NCBI RefSeq assembly: GCF_009914755.1
Contig: NC_060928.1
From: the human T2T-CHM13v2.0 reference genome, Homo sapiens
DNA length: 64,000 bases
Strand: one strand, 5' to 3'
Shown: in pieces, positions 41,050-54,649 of the stretch
Layout of the letters: every line of letters begins with the position of its first letter
Position numbering within the stretch: the first letter of the stretch is position 1
Translations under genes and position numbers: made by a program
Notes under the pieces: model-generated
Seen by the model: only the letters and a program-made list of their open reading frames with translations
The model's database searches: none
Told to the model about the DNA's origin: nothing

Positions 41050-42480
41050 TCTGGTCCCATCACTATTCTTTTCCATGCTTTTATCCGGAAGTTATTTTTT
41101 CATTTATGCTTTAAGAATATTTTATACAAATCTATAAATAATTATAGTATGTTACATTAAATTTGTATTTAATACACATATTTTAGAGAGACGTATACCT
41201 TCTGACATCAGGTTTTTGTATTTCTTTTTTCAGATAGATTTCATATTTAATTTCTTTTAATAATATTTCATAGCTTTCTTTTTACTGGTTCTCTCTGCCT
41301 TCTTCCTTACCTTATTCCTAGGTATTTTCTAGTTTTTCTTCCTATTACGGTGATTGAAATTGTGCTGCTATCATGAATAAGATATCTTCTCTCATTTTTA
41401 TATGTAGGTGCTTTTTGCAAGAATAAGTGAAAGCTGCTGAATACACATGCATACACACATACACACACATACATATATGTGTATATATGAATACATACAC
41501 ACATATTCATATATATGTTATTAAAAATTAGAGCTTCTGAGCTAAACAAGACATATAATTATTTCATTAGCAAAATGTGATAGCTTTATATATTCTTTTT
41601 GAGACAACACCAAATAATTGCAGGAACAAGCACCCCATGTTGTTTTGGATTTTAATTGAAATTATCTAAGTGTTTTAACATTTAGCACATTTGCTATTTG
41701 CTATTATGTTTCATAGATAGATAATTGTATTAGTACAGGTATCTAAGTGTTTTAACATTGAGCATTTTTGCTGTTATATTTGATAAATAGGTAATTGTAT
41801 TAAGTTTTTTCATTCCTATTGTACATGGAATTTTAATTAGACATACCTGCTAAAATGTATCAAATGAATATTCAGTGTCAATTGATTTGTAATAAGGATT
41901 TTCTCCTTTAATGTGTTGATACAATGAAGTATGTTGATAGATTTTTTTTCTAACATTAAAACACCTTTACATTCCTGTAGTAAACCCTAATTGTCATAAT
42001 ATATAATTCTTTCCATGCATTATTGGAGTCTATTTTCTAATAGATAATTTAAAAATTTTCATTAATAGTCAATGATGAAATAAGTCTCGCAGATTTCTTT
42101 TGTAACTATCTAACATATTTTGGAATTATTGTTATGCTGGCCTTATAAAAATCTGTGAACATTTCTATCTTTTTACATGGTCTGAAATATTTTGAGTAAG
42201 TTTGGAAGTATCTGCTCTTTAGAAATTAGATTAAACTCATCTATGAGTCCACTGGGCTCCCTTACTTATTCTAATAGCGTATGTTTAATTGCTTTTGAAA
42301 AGTCATGGTTTTCACTTTGTGAAGTGTCAATTTTGTCAATTTAGATCTTGCCAGACAATTTTTCTTTCTTTTAGATTTCAGATTTGTTGCCACAGAATTG
42401 TTAGCAGAAATTCCATATAATTTTATCCATCTTTCACTTATTTGTGTTTAGGATATTTTCCCCAATTCTTTAAAACATCT
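41050..42480 (-). mobile_element. Ancient L1M ORF2 remnant
   Basis: Degenerate antisense ORF2 text (acacctttacattcctg, ttatgctggccttataaaa). Confidence 0.6.
41663..41802. repeat. Diverged ~65-77-bp tandem duplication inside the old L1
   Basis: tatctaagtgttttaacatt..agca..tttgct..ttat..tt.ata.atag.taattgtatta at 41663 and 41740. Confidence 0.85.
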
Positions 42481-42749
42481 CCCTAAAGCAGCTTTTGTCT
42501 GCTCATGCCAAAAAAAAATTCTGCTAATTCAGATTTTAAACTCGTGATCAAATGTCTATTTAGAAAAAGTTGACGAAGATTTGCATCACATTTACTTATA
42601 AACATATATGCATATTTCCCAAGCTTTTCAGAGAACACAAAATACCATGCATATGCATATTTGGCTTTGATAACAATAATCAGAGGAGCATCTTGGTACT
42701 TGTGGGAACAATGAAAAACAGGGAAAACAACATGTATATGTAATTGTAA

Positions 42750-43117
42750 TGCTATGGTCTGAACGTTTGTGCCCCACCCCCCGGTTCGTATGTTGAAATC
42801 TAATCACAAATGTGCTAGTATTAGGAGGTAGGGCCTTTTAAAGGTGATTAGATCATGAGTGCACAGCCTTCATTAATGGGATTGGTGCCCTTATGAAAAG
42901 AGGCCCCAGAGAGCTGCCTTGCCTCTTCCTCCATGTGAGTGCACATTGAGCAGTTGCCATCTACAAACCAGAAAGCAGACCGTTACCAAGCACAGAACCT
43001 GCTAGTGCCTTGATATTGGACTTCTCATTCTCCAAATTTGTGAGAAATAAATTTTTGTTCTTTATAAACTACCCACTTTATGGTATTTTGTTACAGCAGC
43101 TCCATTGGTCTAAGACA
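42750..43117 (+). mobile_element. MLT1A/MSTD solo LTR
   Basis: tgctatggtctgaacgtttgtg...ctaagaca; perfect 5-bp TSD tgtaa. Confidence 0.92.
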
Positions 43118-43669
43118 TGTAATCTTAAGTTTCCATTAAAATGTGGAGTAATTTTTTATTGTTACTGTAAATCCTCAAGGTCCTTATTGTTTTTAGATTG
43201 AAAGTGTGGAAGAATGAGACTATGCAAATAAAACACTCTATAGCAATACATATTCATTTCAGAATGAAATCCATAATGTTTGATTTCAACTGACAGCTCT
43301 CTTGTGTGTATATGTATGTATGCGTGTGTGGTAGGGGAGGGTTGAATTGGATGGCATTTGGCTGTCATTGAAATTGTGTCCACCTGTGAGAAGTACTCTT
43401 ATTTCTTGATTGAAAAAGTTGACTAGCATAATGTTCTTACCAAAGTTACAAGAAAAAGCAATGTTTTTAATAGTGTAACATCGTTAGTGCATACAGACAC
43501 ACACATGTGTACATAAATACATATATAGAGGGAAATCTTTTCATAATCCAAGCTGATAAAATCCATAGTTTGCTTGGGACGTGTATTGGTTACCGTTTTT
43601 TTTACTGCTGCAGGTCCTCTTGGCCTCATCTATCTCTTATATGGATAGATAACGATACATAAGACACCA

Positions 43670-43990
43670 TTGCAGTGACCAGTTCTGTGTGGGCTCCAAC
43701 AGGTTCATGCAGGTTTGACCTAGTCTTAGATTTGTGCCTCTCAGTCTCTGCACTTGTGAAACTTGCAACTTCAGAGGCATTAACACTTTTGGGGATGAAT
43801 AACTGACCAATGAGGAAAAGAGACTGATGAATCAATGTTCCCCTTTTTCCCCTTAGATGGATGATACATTCATCTGAGGGCTGTAGTCCTCCTTTATAGG
43901 ACTTTTCCAGGCTATTTCATGATGGCTTTTAGTACTCTGATCTGCCTTTTGCACCTGACAAACCATTCTGGATAAAAGTTTCTGATTTTA
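43670..43990. mobile_element. Old ERVL LTR (LTR16-like)
   Basis: ggggatgaataactgaccaatgagg...atcaatgttcccc motifs. Confidence 0.4.
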
Positions 43991-45239
43991 TTAGGGCATT
44001 GTTGCCTAAGTATGATTGGGTATGCGTTTCTCAGCCTGTTTTAATAAAAATTACTTTGAGAGATGTCTTCTATTCAAATATCATGGGACTTCAACTCTCA
44101 AGGAGCATTCTTCCATTAATACCTCAGGGAATAGTCTCCCAATGTCTACCTCTTGAAAATTCACCAAAATGTCACTTAAGACAAAATGTACAGAATACTA
44201 ACTTAAAGGTTTAATGTAAACTTTTATATAACTTTATAAAAGTTATATGGGAAAGGGGTTTGACATTTCTGAATCTTTCTAAATCAAAGTCCAAAGAGTG
44301 TATTGATTCTAAATTAAGCTTCCAAGATATTTACTCTAACAAAGATATGTAAAACATTACCCAGTACCTGCTCTTAAGTGTTAGGTTTTTCTTTTTTCCT
44401 CATTTAATACTCCTCATATCATATGAAAGATGCCCAGAGTCTCTCGTTATATTTGCCTCTTTGTAGGCAATTTCCTCAGGTTTCCTGAATCATTTCTAAC
44501 CATTAAGTGAAATCTATAGGTGAGTCTTCCCTTAAGACATAATCAGGCCATTTAATGCATTACACATTGCTGCTTTAAGATGTTTCCTCTGAGCCAACAG
44601 CATGACTATGCCTTGTGGAGCACGTACGTGACAGTGCCTCAGCACTTAATATTCCTGAAATGCTGAGCAAATGTGTGTTTAATATGGATTTCATTTTTTT
44701 GAGTCTGAAAAATTAAAAATCCACCATTATTTTGTAAATTCTAACATTTGTAAATAGTTTAGACCACAAAGTGAATTTGTAAAACTATTTATCATCACCA
44801 TTTGTAAACTGTTGCTGTGAATTCACAAGGGAACATTTTATAGGCATTAATAGTGTTTCAGAGATTTGGTTAGACATGCCCTCAAGGAGCTCATAGTCTC
44901 ATGAAGGAGTTTACAGTCTATAAAACTGCCTTATTCAATTGCCTGGAAATACAAGGTACTTTGATTTCTAATCCCTCCATTTAATCTAGGCCTAAAAGAA
45001 ACATTGAAAAGAAGAAGTGCAATATTTTGGAATATTTGGAAATTTAGAAATTTTAGCCTATAAAACATAAGCCATTTAAAGTTGTCAGTTGGATGAAATA
45101 TCTACTAATTCCAAGCATATTTTGAAAAATTTTTACTTCTTCAAGAATTCTATATTACTTATTTTGGGGGAATGAGATTTAACATACATCAGCTTGCAAA
45201 TAGAAGTGAATTCTTTGCATTGACATGGTTTATACACAT

Positions 45240-45790
45240 GCATCTGTTTGTCCATTTATTTAGGAAACATTTAATAAGTTTCTGCTGTAGACCAGCTGTT
45301 ATGCCAAATGCCAATAATACAGTAGTGAAAAAAGCAATGGTAGTCTCTACTTTCAGGCAGCTTACATTCCATTCTATGACAGTAAATAAGCAAACAAATA
45401 TGCAAAGCAATTATAAATTATGCAAGGCAAATACAAGGGTGATGTGCTAGGCAATACATGTGGTTGTCTTTTAGATAGGGTGGTCAAGAAAAGTTCTCTA
45501 GGGAGGTGATATTTAAGCTGAAAGAGATAAGTACATCAGAAAGAGATGAGCAAACATCTGAGGAAAACACCCTAGGGGAGGCAGAGAGACACTAAATGAC
45601 TTATAAGACCTTTCCAGGCTGCATTACAGGGGGAAGGATCAGTGTTAAGAAATAAAGGAGATGGAAAATAGAGGCCAAGTGTCACAGGGCCTGTAGGCCA
45701 TGATGAAGTTTCCATTTTATTCTAAATTCAATGGAAAATCAATGAAGAATTTCAAATAGAATTTAGGTTAATATTAAAATATGACCACTT
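45240..45790 (-). mobile_element. L2 fragment
   Basis: tccatttatttaggaaacatttaataag...agggtggtcaagaaa...gaggtgatatttaagctga...ttttattctaa. Confidence 0.7.
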
Positions 45791-46409
45791 ACATTGTTTT
45801 CTAAACAGACATTAAAATACACAGAGTTTCAGCTCATTGTAGATATATATATACATAGATATATATATTTTTTTGAAACTATGTGTGGAGCAAATATGGA
45901 TAGTGATAAGGTTGATGTGATTAATACTGGACCAACAGCAGAAAAATCAATGGGCAATGAAACCAGTTGGAATCATGTGACTCTAGGTCTGAGGAAATGA
46001 ACCCACTCTGAAGGAAAGGAAAGTCTCAAAGAAGTCTGAAGAGAGTGCTGTGTTACTAAAATCATCACTGAAGAAAGGAGTAACAAATCAAATTGAATTT
46101 AGTTTGGAAGAGATAAGTATTATATATTCTTTGTTTGAGATGAAGAAAATTAATTCTTGGGGGAAAAATCAATTCTTGGGAAAACAGGTAGAACCAATGA
46201 GAAGGATTCTGTTTTTTAAAGAATAGTTACAGAAAGAATGAACTTGAAGTAGGGTGACTCTAAGAAAAGAAGCCCAGTGCACATTCAAGGGAGACTGATG
46301 ACTATGTGGCACCAATCCCCATATAATGTGCAGTCGGAGAATCCTTACATTGCATTGTAATAGCTCTTTCAGTGAAATTGTGTATAATAATTGAAAATAT
46401 AATGTACAG

Positions 46410-46901
46410 CCGTGATCCCCAATGGCTCCAGCGACCGGTTTTGTGGAAGACGATTTTTCAATGGACGAGGCTGGGGCCGTGGTGGGGAATAGTTTTGGGA
46501 TGATTCAAGCACATTACATTTATTGTGCACTTTATTTCTGTTATTATTACATTGTAATATATAATGAAATAATTATACAACTTGCCATAATGTAGAATCA
46601 GTGGGAGCACTGAGCTTGTTTTTCTGCAACTAGACGGTCCCATCTGGGAGTGATGGGAGACAGTAACAGTTTATCAGGCATTAGATTCTCATAAGGAGCA
46701 ACAACCTAGATCCCTTGCATGCACAGTTCACAAAAGGGTTCCCTCTTCTATGAGAATCTCATGCCTCATGTGATCTGACAAAAGGCAGAGCTCAGGCAAT
46801 AATGCCAGTGATGGGCAGCAGCTGTAAACACAGATGAAGCTTTGCTTGCTCACCCATCACTCCCCGCCTGCTGTAAGGCCCAGGTCCGTTGGGGACCCCT
46901 A
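46410..46901. mobile_element. MER1A hAT-Charlie non-autonomous DNA transposon
   Basis: Degenerate TIRs (ccgtgatccccaa / ttggggaccccta); internal gaccggttttgtggaagac and gatgattcaagcacattac; 8-bp TSD atgtacag/atatacag. Confidence 0.92.
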
Positions 46902-46972
46902 ATATACAGAATGTGTACAGTAAAAGAAAGGGTTCATACTCCTTTCCCAGTTGTATTTTAGTGCCATGGTTA

Positions 46973-47428
<456 letters not shown>

Positions 47429-48799
47429 TCAAGGGCAGCAGGCATAGGAATGGAGACACAAAATAAAATGTTGAGCAAAAGAAAATCAAGAAGGAATTAG
47501 TTTCAATATAATAAAATTGAAATTCAATGCAAACGCGCACACACACACACACACAAATCCCAAATGTAGGAAGATCTATGCAAGTGATTACGCAAAGGAA
47601 ACGAAAGGGGTTAAGGGTTGAGGTTTCTTACAAGTAAAATTGCCCAAAAGCATTATCTCATGTCAGGCTGGGGCTCATTACTAGAAAATGATTAGAATCA
47701 ATGCTACAAAGTCAAGAGGTACCCAAATGAAGAATTTGGCTTACGAAAAACAATAACAGAATTAATGAACGGGCTTTAACCTTTCAGTTCAATACGTATT
47801 TAATCTGTTTGTCTGGGCAAAACTTAAATATAAGGAAAGAATTTATTGTTAAAGCCATGTAAAGTGCAATGATTATTATGCTAATAAGACTAGATAAGTA
47901 AAATCTCTTGCTTTGTAAATGTCATAGATTAAAAATGGGTTGTGCTAATAATTAGAGCAATGATGATTTTACGATTTTAACACAGATCATTTTACTCCAG
48001 CTTTAATTGTCTTTTTTAAATTTAACTATTTTATTTTAATTATGGGGAGTCATATATAATTATTTTGAACTTTACAAAATTATTCACATGCACAACAGTT
48101 TAAAGCCTTATGCTAGATATTTAAATGACATGAATCTTTTTCCAGTGCCAGTTGAAGATTTTTTTCTAAAGGAATAGATAACTTAAAATTATATAAGGGG
48201 TCTTTTGTAAGAGGACAATTTGCTTTAATAGTTGCTGCTTTTGGTTTTCTATCTTGAAATGAAGGCTGTTCATGCTTAAGTGACTCTCGTATTTTGAATC
48301 AATTATCTCTGGTATTTGCAATTAGTGTACTGGTCACTTTTTAGTTGCTCTCAAGTCTGAAATATTCAGATCAGTTAGAAGAAATTAACTCATTTGTGAC
48401 CTTTAACATGAATAATGTGTATTTCTGAGATTTCACAGATTATCTTTGGAAGTAATTAAATTTTGTAAGTGAACCGGTTGCAGAAAGTTGGTTTGTGCAG
48501 TGTTTGGGGGAGTTGAATATTTTATAATAGATTTTTCAAACTTCCTAATTTTACCACCAAAATACTTCACAAATCATTTTCCTTTCCTCATACTCCCTTC
48601 ATCCAAACTCAGTTATCCTAATCTGGGCCTGATCATCTTTCATGCACCTAACTTTACTTTCAGTTTCTCCTGCCAATTTTTGCCAGACTGTTGCTTACTT
48701 GACCTTTAATATCCACACAGGTATAACTTCTTCAAGTATCTCTCCCTAAGCTACTTTCTTATTTCTATGTTCCCACTGATGAAATTCTATTTTGATCAC

Positions 48800-49230
48800 A
48801 TTATCTAATCTTCAGGGAAGGCAACCCTATCTCTGGGTAAGGATTTGGTTAAGCCTTGTCAATCAATGATCATTTTAAGAGAGAGATGTGACCAATACTT
48901 AATTCTGGCCAATGAGACATGAATAAGTCTGCTGGGGGCTTTCTGAGGAAGTTATTTTTTGGAGAGATAGAAAGGAGAAAAAATGAAAAGAACAATGCCT
49001 CTTTGAATGCCAAACATGTCGTGTCTAGATGTGGTTCCTGAATCTGCTGTAGGATAAAACCAACTGATAAAAGAAATTGTTATAAGAATGTACAGAGAAG
49101 CTGAGCTGGAGTTTTAGTTTTCAGGGCCTAAAGGCTTTTCTACTGATAAGCTTACTGTCATTTGACATAATCAATCTCCTTCTTATTTAAAATATTTTGA
49201 GTTATTTAAATTACTCCCCAACTGCTATAT
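48800..49230 (+). mobile_element. Old MLT1K-like LTR
   Basis: atgtgaccaa...ttctggccaatgagacatgaa..aagtctgctgggggctttctg. Confidence 0.55.
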
Positions 49231-49506
49231 GTAAAATTTAGTACAGCTCAGTGAGATGGGCAAAATGATTGGTAGCAGAAAATTGGGACATAGAATAATA
49301 CATTGTTTTCTTTTTAAAAAGTCACTGTGCACACTCTTACCAAAGGATATCTGGAGATAAAGAAAGGAGATTATAAACTACCAGATTTGATAGAAATCTA
49401 GCCAGACTTGAGAGGAAAGCAACTATGGACGTTTGGGGCAATTGTAAAAATGATGACTCCCTCTTGTTATTTCCTGATTTTTCAAACTGTGAGTTAGAAC
49501 AATGAA

Positions 49507-50053
49507 TTTATTAATTTTCTGTTGCTGTTAATGAATTACCACAAAATTAGTGGCTTAAAACAATATACACTTATTCACAAAGTTTCTGTAGTACACAATT
49601 CTGGGCATGGCTTACCTGAGTTCTATATTCAGGCTCTCACAAAGCTATGAAAAGTTGTTGGTCAGGGCTGTGTGCTCATCTGAAGTCTTGACTGGGAAAA
49701 ATCTATTTCCAAGCTCATTTCTGTTGTTGGCAGAATTCAGTTCCTTATAGTTATGTGACTGAGAACCCTGGTTTCTTTCTGGCTTTTGCTGAAGGCTGTT
49801 CTCAGGCCTGCACTCTCTTGCCACTTGGCCCTCTCCATGGGCAGTTCATATAGCAGTTTACCTCTTCAAGGCTAGCAGGAGGGTCACTCTTGTGTGCTAG
49901 CAAGGTAGAGTCTTATAAATATATCATAACCTAATCATCAGGCCTATTTCATATGCTATTAGTTAGAAGCAAGTAACAGGTCCTACATATATTCATGAAG
50001 AGATAATTATTCAGGGTGTAACAATAGGTCATCTTAGAATTCTGCCTACTATA
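49507..50053 (-). mobile_element. MLT1D/E solo LTR
   Basis: ttaccacaaaattagtggcttaaaacaa...catcttagaattctgcctactata; perfect 5-bp TSD atgaa. Confidence 0.88.
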
Positions 50054-50562
50054 ATGAAGTAAATCAATATATTTAGTGAACACAACTTGTACTATTGGTT
50101 GGGAGCAAATGGATGTCATTCTATAGCATTCAGAACTAGGTAGGAGTAATGGGAAGAAAACTGTGTGTGCCTTCATTCTTTATGTACATTGTACTAGTAT
50201 ATTGATAAGAATATATAATAAAAAGTGTGCTTTCAAGCAAATGTTGGATATAAAATTGTTGGATATTTTCAGTGATGTGTACATTTTATAAACATGCATT
50301 TATATCTATAAAAATAGTATAAAACAACCTCAACTCTATCTCTAAAACTGATAAAAGGTTAACATTGCTGTTGTGTTGACCTGATTCTGTCTCATTTAAC
50401 CTCCCCTACTGAAATAATTGTTTTTTACAACTTGATATTGAATGAGGAAGCTTCTTTAGATTGAGATTCTGATTTCATAGCATACAGAATGGTTGAAATT
50501 GTTAATATTTGAAGTGGTTGAGATTAATAAGCTAAAATGCAAAAGTAACTCTGTGGACCTAT

Positions 50563-50943
50563 TGTTGTGGACTGAATGTTTGTGCTCCCCCCATTTGTAA
50601 GCTGAAACCCTATCCCTCAATATGATGGTATTTAGGGGTGGGGCCTTTGGAAGGTAGTTAGGATTAGATGAGATTAAGTCATGAGAGCAGAACCCTTATT
50701 AATGAAATTAGTGCCTTTATGAAAGTACATAGATAATTTGTGTCTCTCTGGTTTCTGCCATGTGAATATACAATGAGGAGTTGTCTGTGTATGAACCAGG
50801 AAGTGGCCCTAACCAGACACTGAATCTACCCATACTTTGATTTTGGACTTCTCAGCTTCCAGTACTCTGAGGATTAAATATTTGTTGCTTAAGCCACCAG
50901 CCAATGGTATTTTGTTATAGCAACCCAAACGGTGTATACGACA
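50563..50943 (+). mobile_element. MLT1A solo LTR
   Basis: tgttgtggactgaatgtttgtg...gtattttgttatagcaacccaaac..gaca; TSD cctat/cttat. Confidence 0.9.
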
Positions 50944-51249
50944 CTTATCAAGACGTTGTCTACGTAACATTCAAGGAATGGATTTGTACTGAGGTTTTAA
51001 ATGACAGAGAGAATGTACAGAAACAGTTTATACTTCTACTTTCTACTAAATAGATTTTCTAATGTTGAGCCCATTTTAATTAACAAAGCTTATTATCAAA
51101 CTATTGTGGATCTCTCATTTAAAGAGAATTAGAGTGAACTCAGATATGAAGCCACTTTTGAATACAACCTGTTCTCAAGTGTGAACCAGGTTTGAATATC
51201 TTTGTATTTACACACAACCAGATAAGATTTATTAAGCCTGAGCTCTGAT

Positions 51250-51480
51250 TTTGTGTTGGAAACTCTGGTTCCTAATAAGAAAAATGTGTACATTATCTCC
51301 TTTAATCCTCAAACTAACCTGACAGGGTATGTTCTATTACTATCTCCAATAAATGAAGATACAGAAAAGAATAGAGGTTATATAACCTACCCAAGGACAC
51401 ATAGATATTGATTGTCAGATTCTAGACTCACCTGGGCAACCTGGGACTAAAGTTTATATGCTGAACTACTGTAATATTGT
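51250..51480 (-). mobile_element. MIR SINE
   Basis: tttaatcctcaaactaacc...gaggttatataacctacccaaggacacata. Confidence 0.6.
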
Positions 51481-53989
51481 GCTTTCAAAGAACAGAGATA
51501 ATCTTACCCTGGACTGGTTATAGTCACTAAGAAAGGCACAATTTAATACAACGATGAAAGCATCTGTTCACGTAGGTGGTAGATAAAACTCTTTAATACA
51601 CTGGAATATTTGATGTATGGATAATTAAGAATGTATTGTTTATAACCTTAAAATATTTCAACACTCTCAGAAAAATAGTTTTTCAGACTGATTCTATATT
51701 AATGCATGCATTGGGATACTTAAGCTTATGCTAGTGGAAAGAGATATAAATGCAAGCAGAATGAAGAATAATGAAAATGATATTTATTGTTAAAGGGACT
51801 GATTTAGTCTATATTTTGAAGGTTTCCCATTGGAGTTAGAATTGGACTTGGACATTGACTGGTGCTATGGAAAGATACTTTGAAATGAATAAAATAGAAG
51901 ATTCTGCAAATTAAGTTTTTGCTGTGTTTTTAAATGTACTCTTAAAATTAATCACTTAAAGATTAAGAGGGCTTAATATTTCCAGAAATAAATATTTTCA
52001 AAACTAAAGGTGGATAGAAAAACCCTCTAATGAAAGTGTTTGCTATGGTTTAAAGAAAACATTCTTTTGAGTGTGTTTTTCACTTTTCATTGGATTGCCT
52101 TGTCATAATGTAGACACAGTTTAAAAGTGAAAATGAAAATGCGTTTAGTGACCTCTGAAGGATGCTGGGAAAATGCACTACCATTTTGTAAATAGCTTTC
52201 AATATGAAATGTGATAGGTATTTTGGAATTTTCCAAAAAGCAATCTTGAAACTTCAAGTGAGGTTAAAAAAAAATGTCTATAGTATTTCAGGGTGTCCCC
52301 CAAACTATAGGAAACTGACAGTTTCTAGACAGTTTTGCTGTCTAGAACCAAAAAAAAAAAAAAGGCAATGCAAATAAGGAAATTTTTCCACTAGTAGAAG
52401 TAGAGACACTTAAGGACAGAAGGGTTAGGAATGCATAAGGTTATTCAATGACATTTACTGAATCTTAACACTAAACTTTCAGAATTTTCTGTTTATTTTC
52501 AGATTCTTCTTAACCAACTTTAGTTTTTAATCAATAAATCTAAATTGTAAAAGTTAAGTTCTTTGATTTCTGAAACACAACTAAATAGCCTTTAAAATTT
52601 TAAATGCAAAAGGAATTAATTTTGATAGGCTAAACAGTGCAAGTCAGTTTAGCCTATTGTACTAAAGTTTAGTATATTCTACTAAAAATTGATCCAAATT
52701 GATGACTCTAATGGGAAGAGCTGGAAAAATGAGTTCATATCCAATGAAATTTATTCCTCAACAGCCCTTTACTATTAACAAATAATGGTGTTGCTTGTTT
52801 GTTTTTGAGGGGGGTGAAATGAACATTGATAAATTTACTTTTCTAAACTGTCTAAGTACCACAAGTGCTGCTTCTTCATGAGGCTGCTGTATAATGGTGG
52901 CAGGAGTTTATCACTATTTCAACTTATGCATAAGTATAATCTTTCCTGTTTTAATATGAGAAAAAGAAAGTCTTTTAAGGACAAGCTCAGTAATTTTTCC
53001 TTTGGTGTTAAAAATGTAGCAATTATTGGAACAAACAAAGGGATGAACAATATCAGTTGATTAAATGAGTTTCCTTTTTAAGTTATGAAATCTGTTTCTA
53101 TCAAGGGACATCTGAAAGAAATAAACAGTTTTTGAATAAAAGCAAAGCAAATTCTCTCTCCTTACAAAATTAGGTCAGTGGCGACTGAATCTTTTATTTG
53201 AGAGATCATATAGATTTTATACACCAGAGTACATTGACCATTATGGGAAATTAGTTTTGAACTAATGGAAATGTTAATCTATTTTTGTATTGATAAGTTC
53301 AAACTATATTCAAAACATTCTAATTGGTAATTAGACAAAGTTATTCTTAGCATATTAATATTTATGTAGTATCATCAAGAAAAGATGCATTTGCTAAACA
53401 TCCAGTTTTACATTTCTAAATTTTTCTCTTTAATACCTGTTGTTAGATTCAAAAAATTTTAATATGACTAAGTGCCTGTATGTGTGTGCACATGTATGTG
53501 TGTGTTTAAAAAGAAATATGGAAATAAAGGTTTGCCTAAAGTTTGTTTCATAAAAGCATCATTTCTTCTTTTCTACTTCTCTCTGTGATATGTTAATACT
53601 TCTGTATTATTTTTAGGAATCAATATTTTCCAGATTAACTTCCTGGTTTATAATTTCTTGACTTCATTAATTTCCAAAACTTTCCTCTGCTTTACCAATG
53701 TGGTCCAGGCACTCACAAGCTTGGTTATTCCTCAGGTCTGTCAAAATTTAATGTGGTTTTATGGACATGGCCTCAAATTTTCAAATCCCTCTTTGACCAC
53801 AGCCTTTTAACTGCCTGCTCAGTTAGCCTCTTATTTCTATTGAACGTATGTTTTGCCCTATGTTCAACTCTTGTCTTTTTTTGATTATCCTAATACAGAG
53901 TCTCCCACTGGCTTCATTTATCTCCTAAACTACATCCCAATCATTTTACTTCTGCACTCACCAATACCTTAAAATTCCACAAATTGTCT

Positions 53990-54170
53990 TCTTTTGGTTA
54001 TAAGGTCCATCGTTTGCTATTACCTTAGTCAGGTTAGTTAATTTCCCAGTCTTGCTTGGTGGGAATTATAAAAGACCTCTCTTTTAGGCTTAGTGTGAAG
54101 AGTAAACGAAACCACACACATTAACAGTGTAGAACAGTCCCTGGAACATTCTGTTCACTACATGTGGATA
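53990..54170 (+). mobile_element. MIR fragment
   Basis: accttagtcaggttagttaa...gtgtgaagagtaaa...agaacagtccctggaacat. Confidence 0.45.
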
Positions 54171-54332
54171 TTATTTTATCCATGACAACCTGAAAAGTCA
54201 CAAACTTGGATAAATTCTGTTACTCATTTTGTTTTTGGTTGTGAATCACTAAGTATTGTTGAAATGTGATCTTGTATTTTAGCTATACCATAAGTTCTTG
54301 TTAAAATATTACATATTATAATATTATTTTTT

Positions 54333-54444
54333 TAGGATACTATAAATCATAATATTTGTCATCTAAAATTGGAGTACACTTAAGGCGAAAAAGAGGTGCA
54401 ACTGATATTTACACTGGGTCTGTCTTGGGCATGCTGTCATCCTA
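54333..54444. mobile_element. MER81-like hAT-Blackjack relic
   Basis: ataatatttgtcatctaaaattgg...gaaaaagaggtgc...ctgtcttgggcatgctgtcatccta. Confidence 0.5.
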
Positions 54445-54649
54445 TTATTATTTAAGTAAAACTAGGTTAAAAATGTGCTCTAAAATATTTTCTTATGTAA
54501 CTATTTGTTAGCCATACTTTTTCCTTTTGAATTAAAGAGGATGTGGGAAATAAGGCTGTTTAGGATGGGTGAGCAAGTATTTGCAGCAGAACTCAAAAGA
54601 GAATTCACAATGATTATGTAAGTAGTGAAACTGTCAAGGACAATTTGTT

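Noticed and set aside
44226-44248. 10-bp AT-rich hairpin
   Set aside because: Almost entirely A/T and plausible by chance
53618-53735. Possible plus-strand exon with one open frame
   Set aside because: Weak donor (cag|gtctgt) and an unrecognisable T-rich peptide
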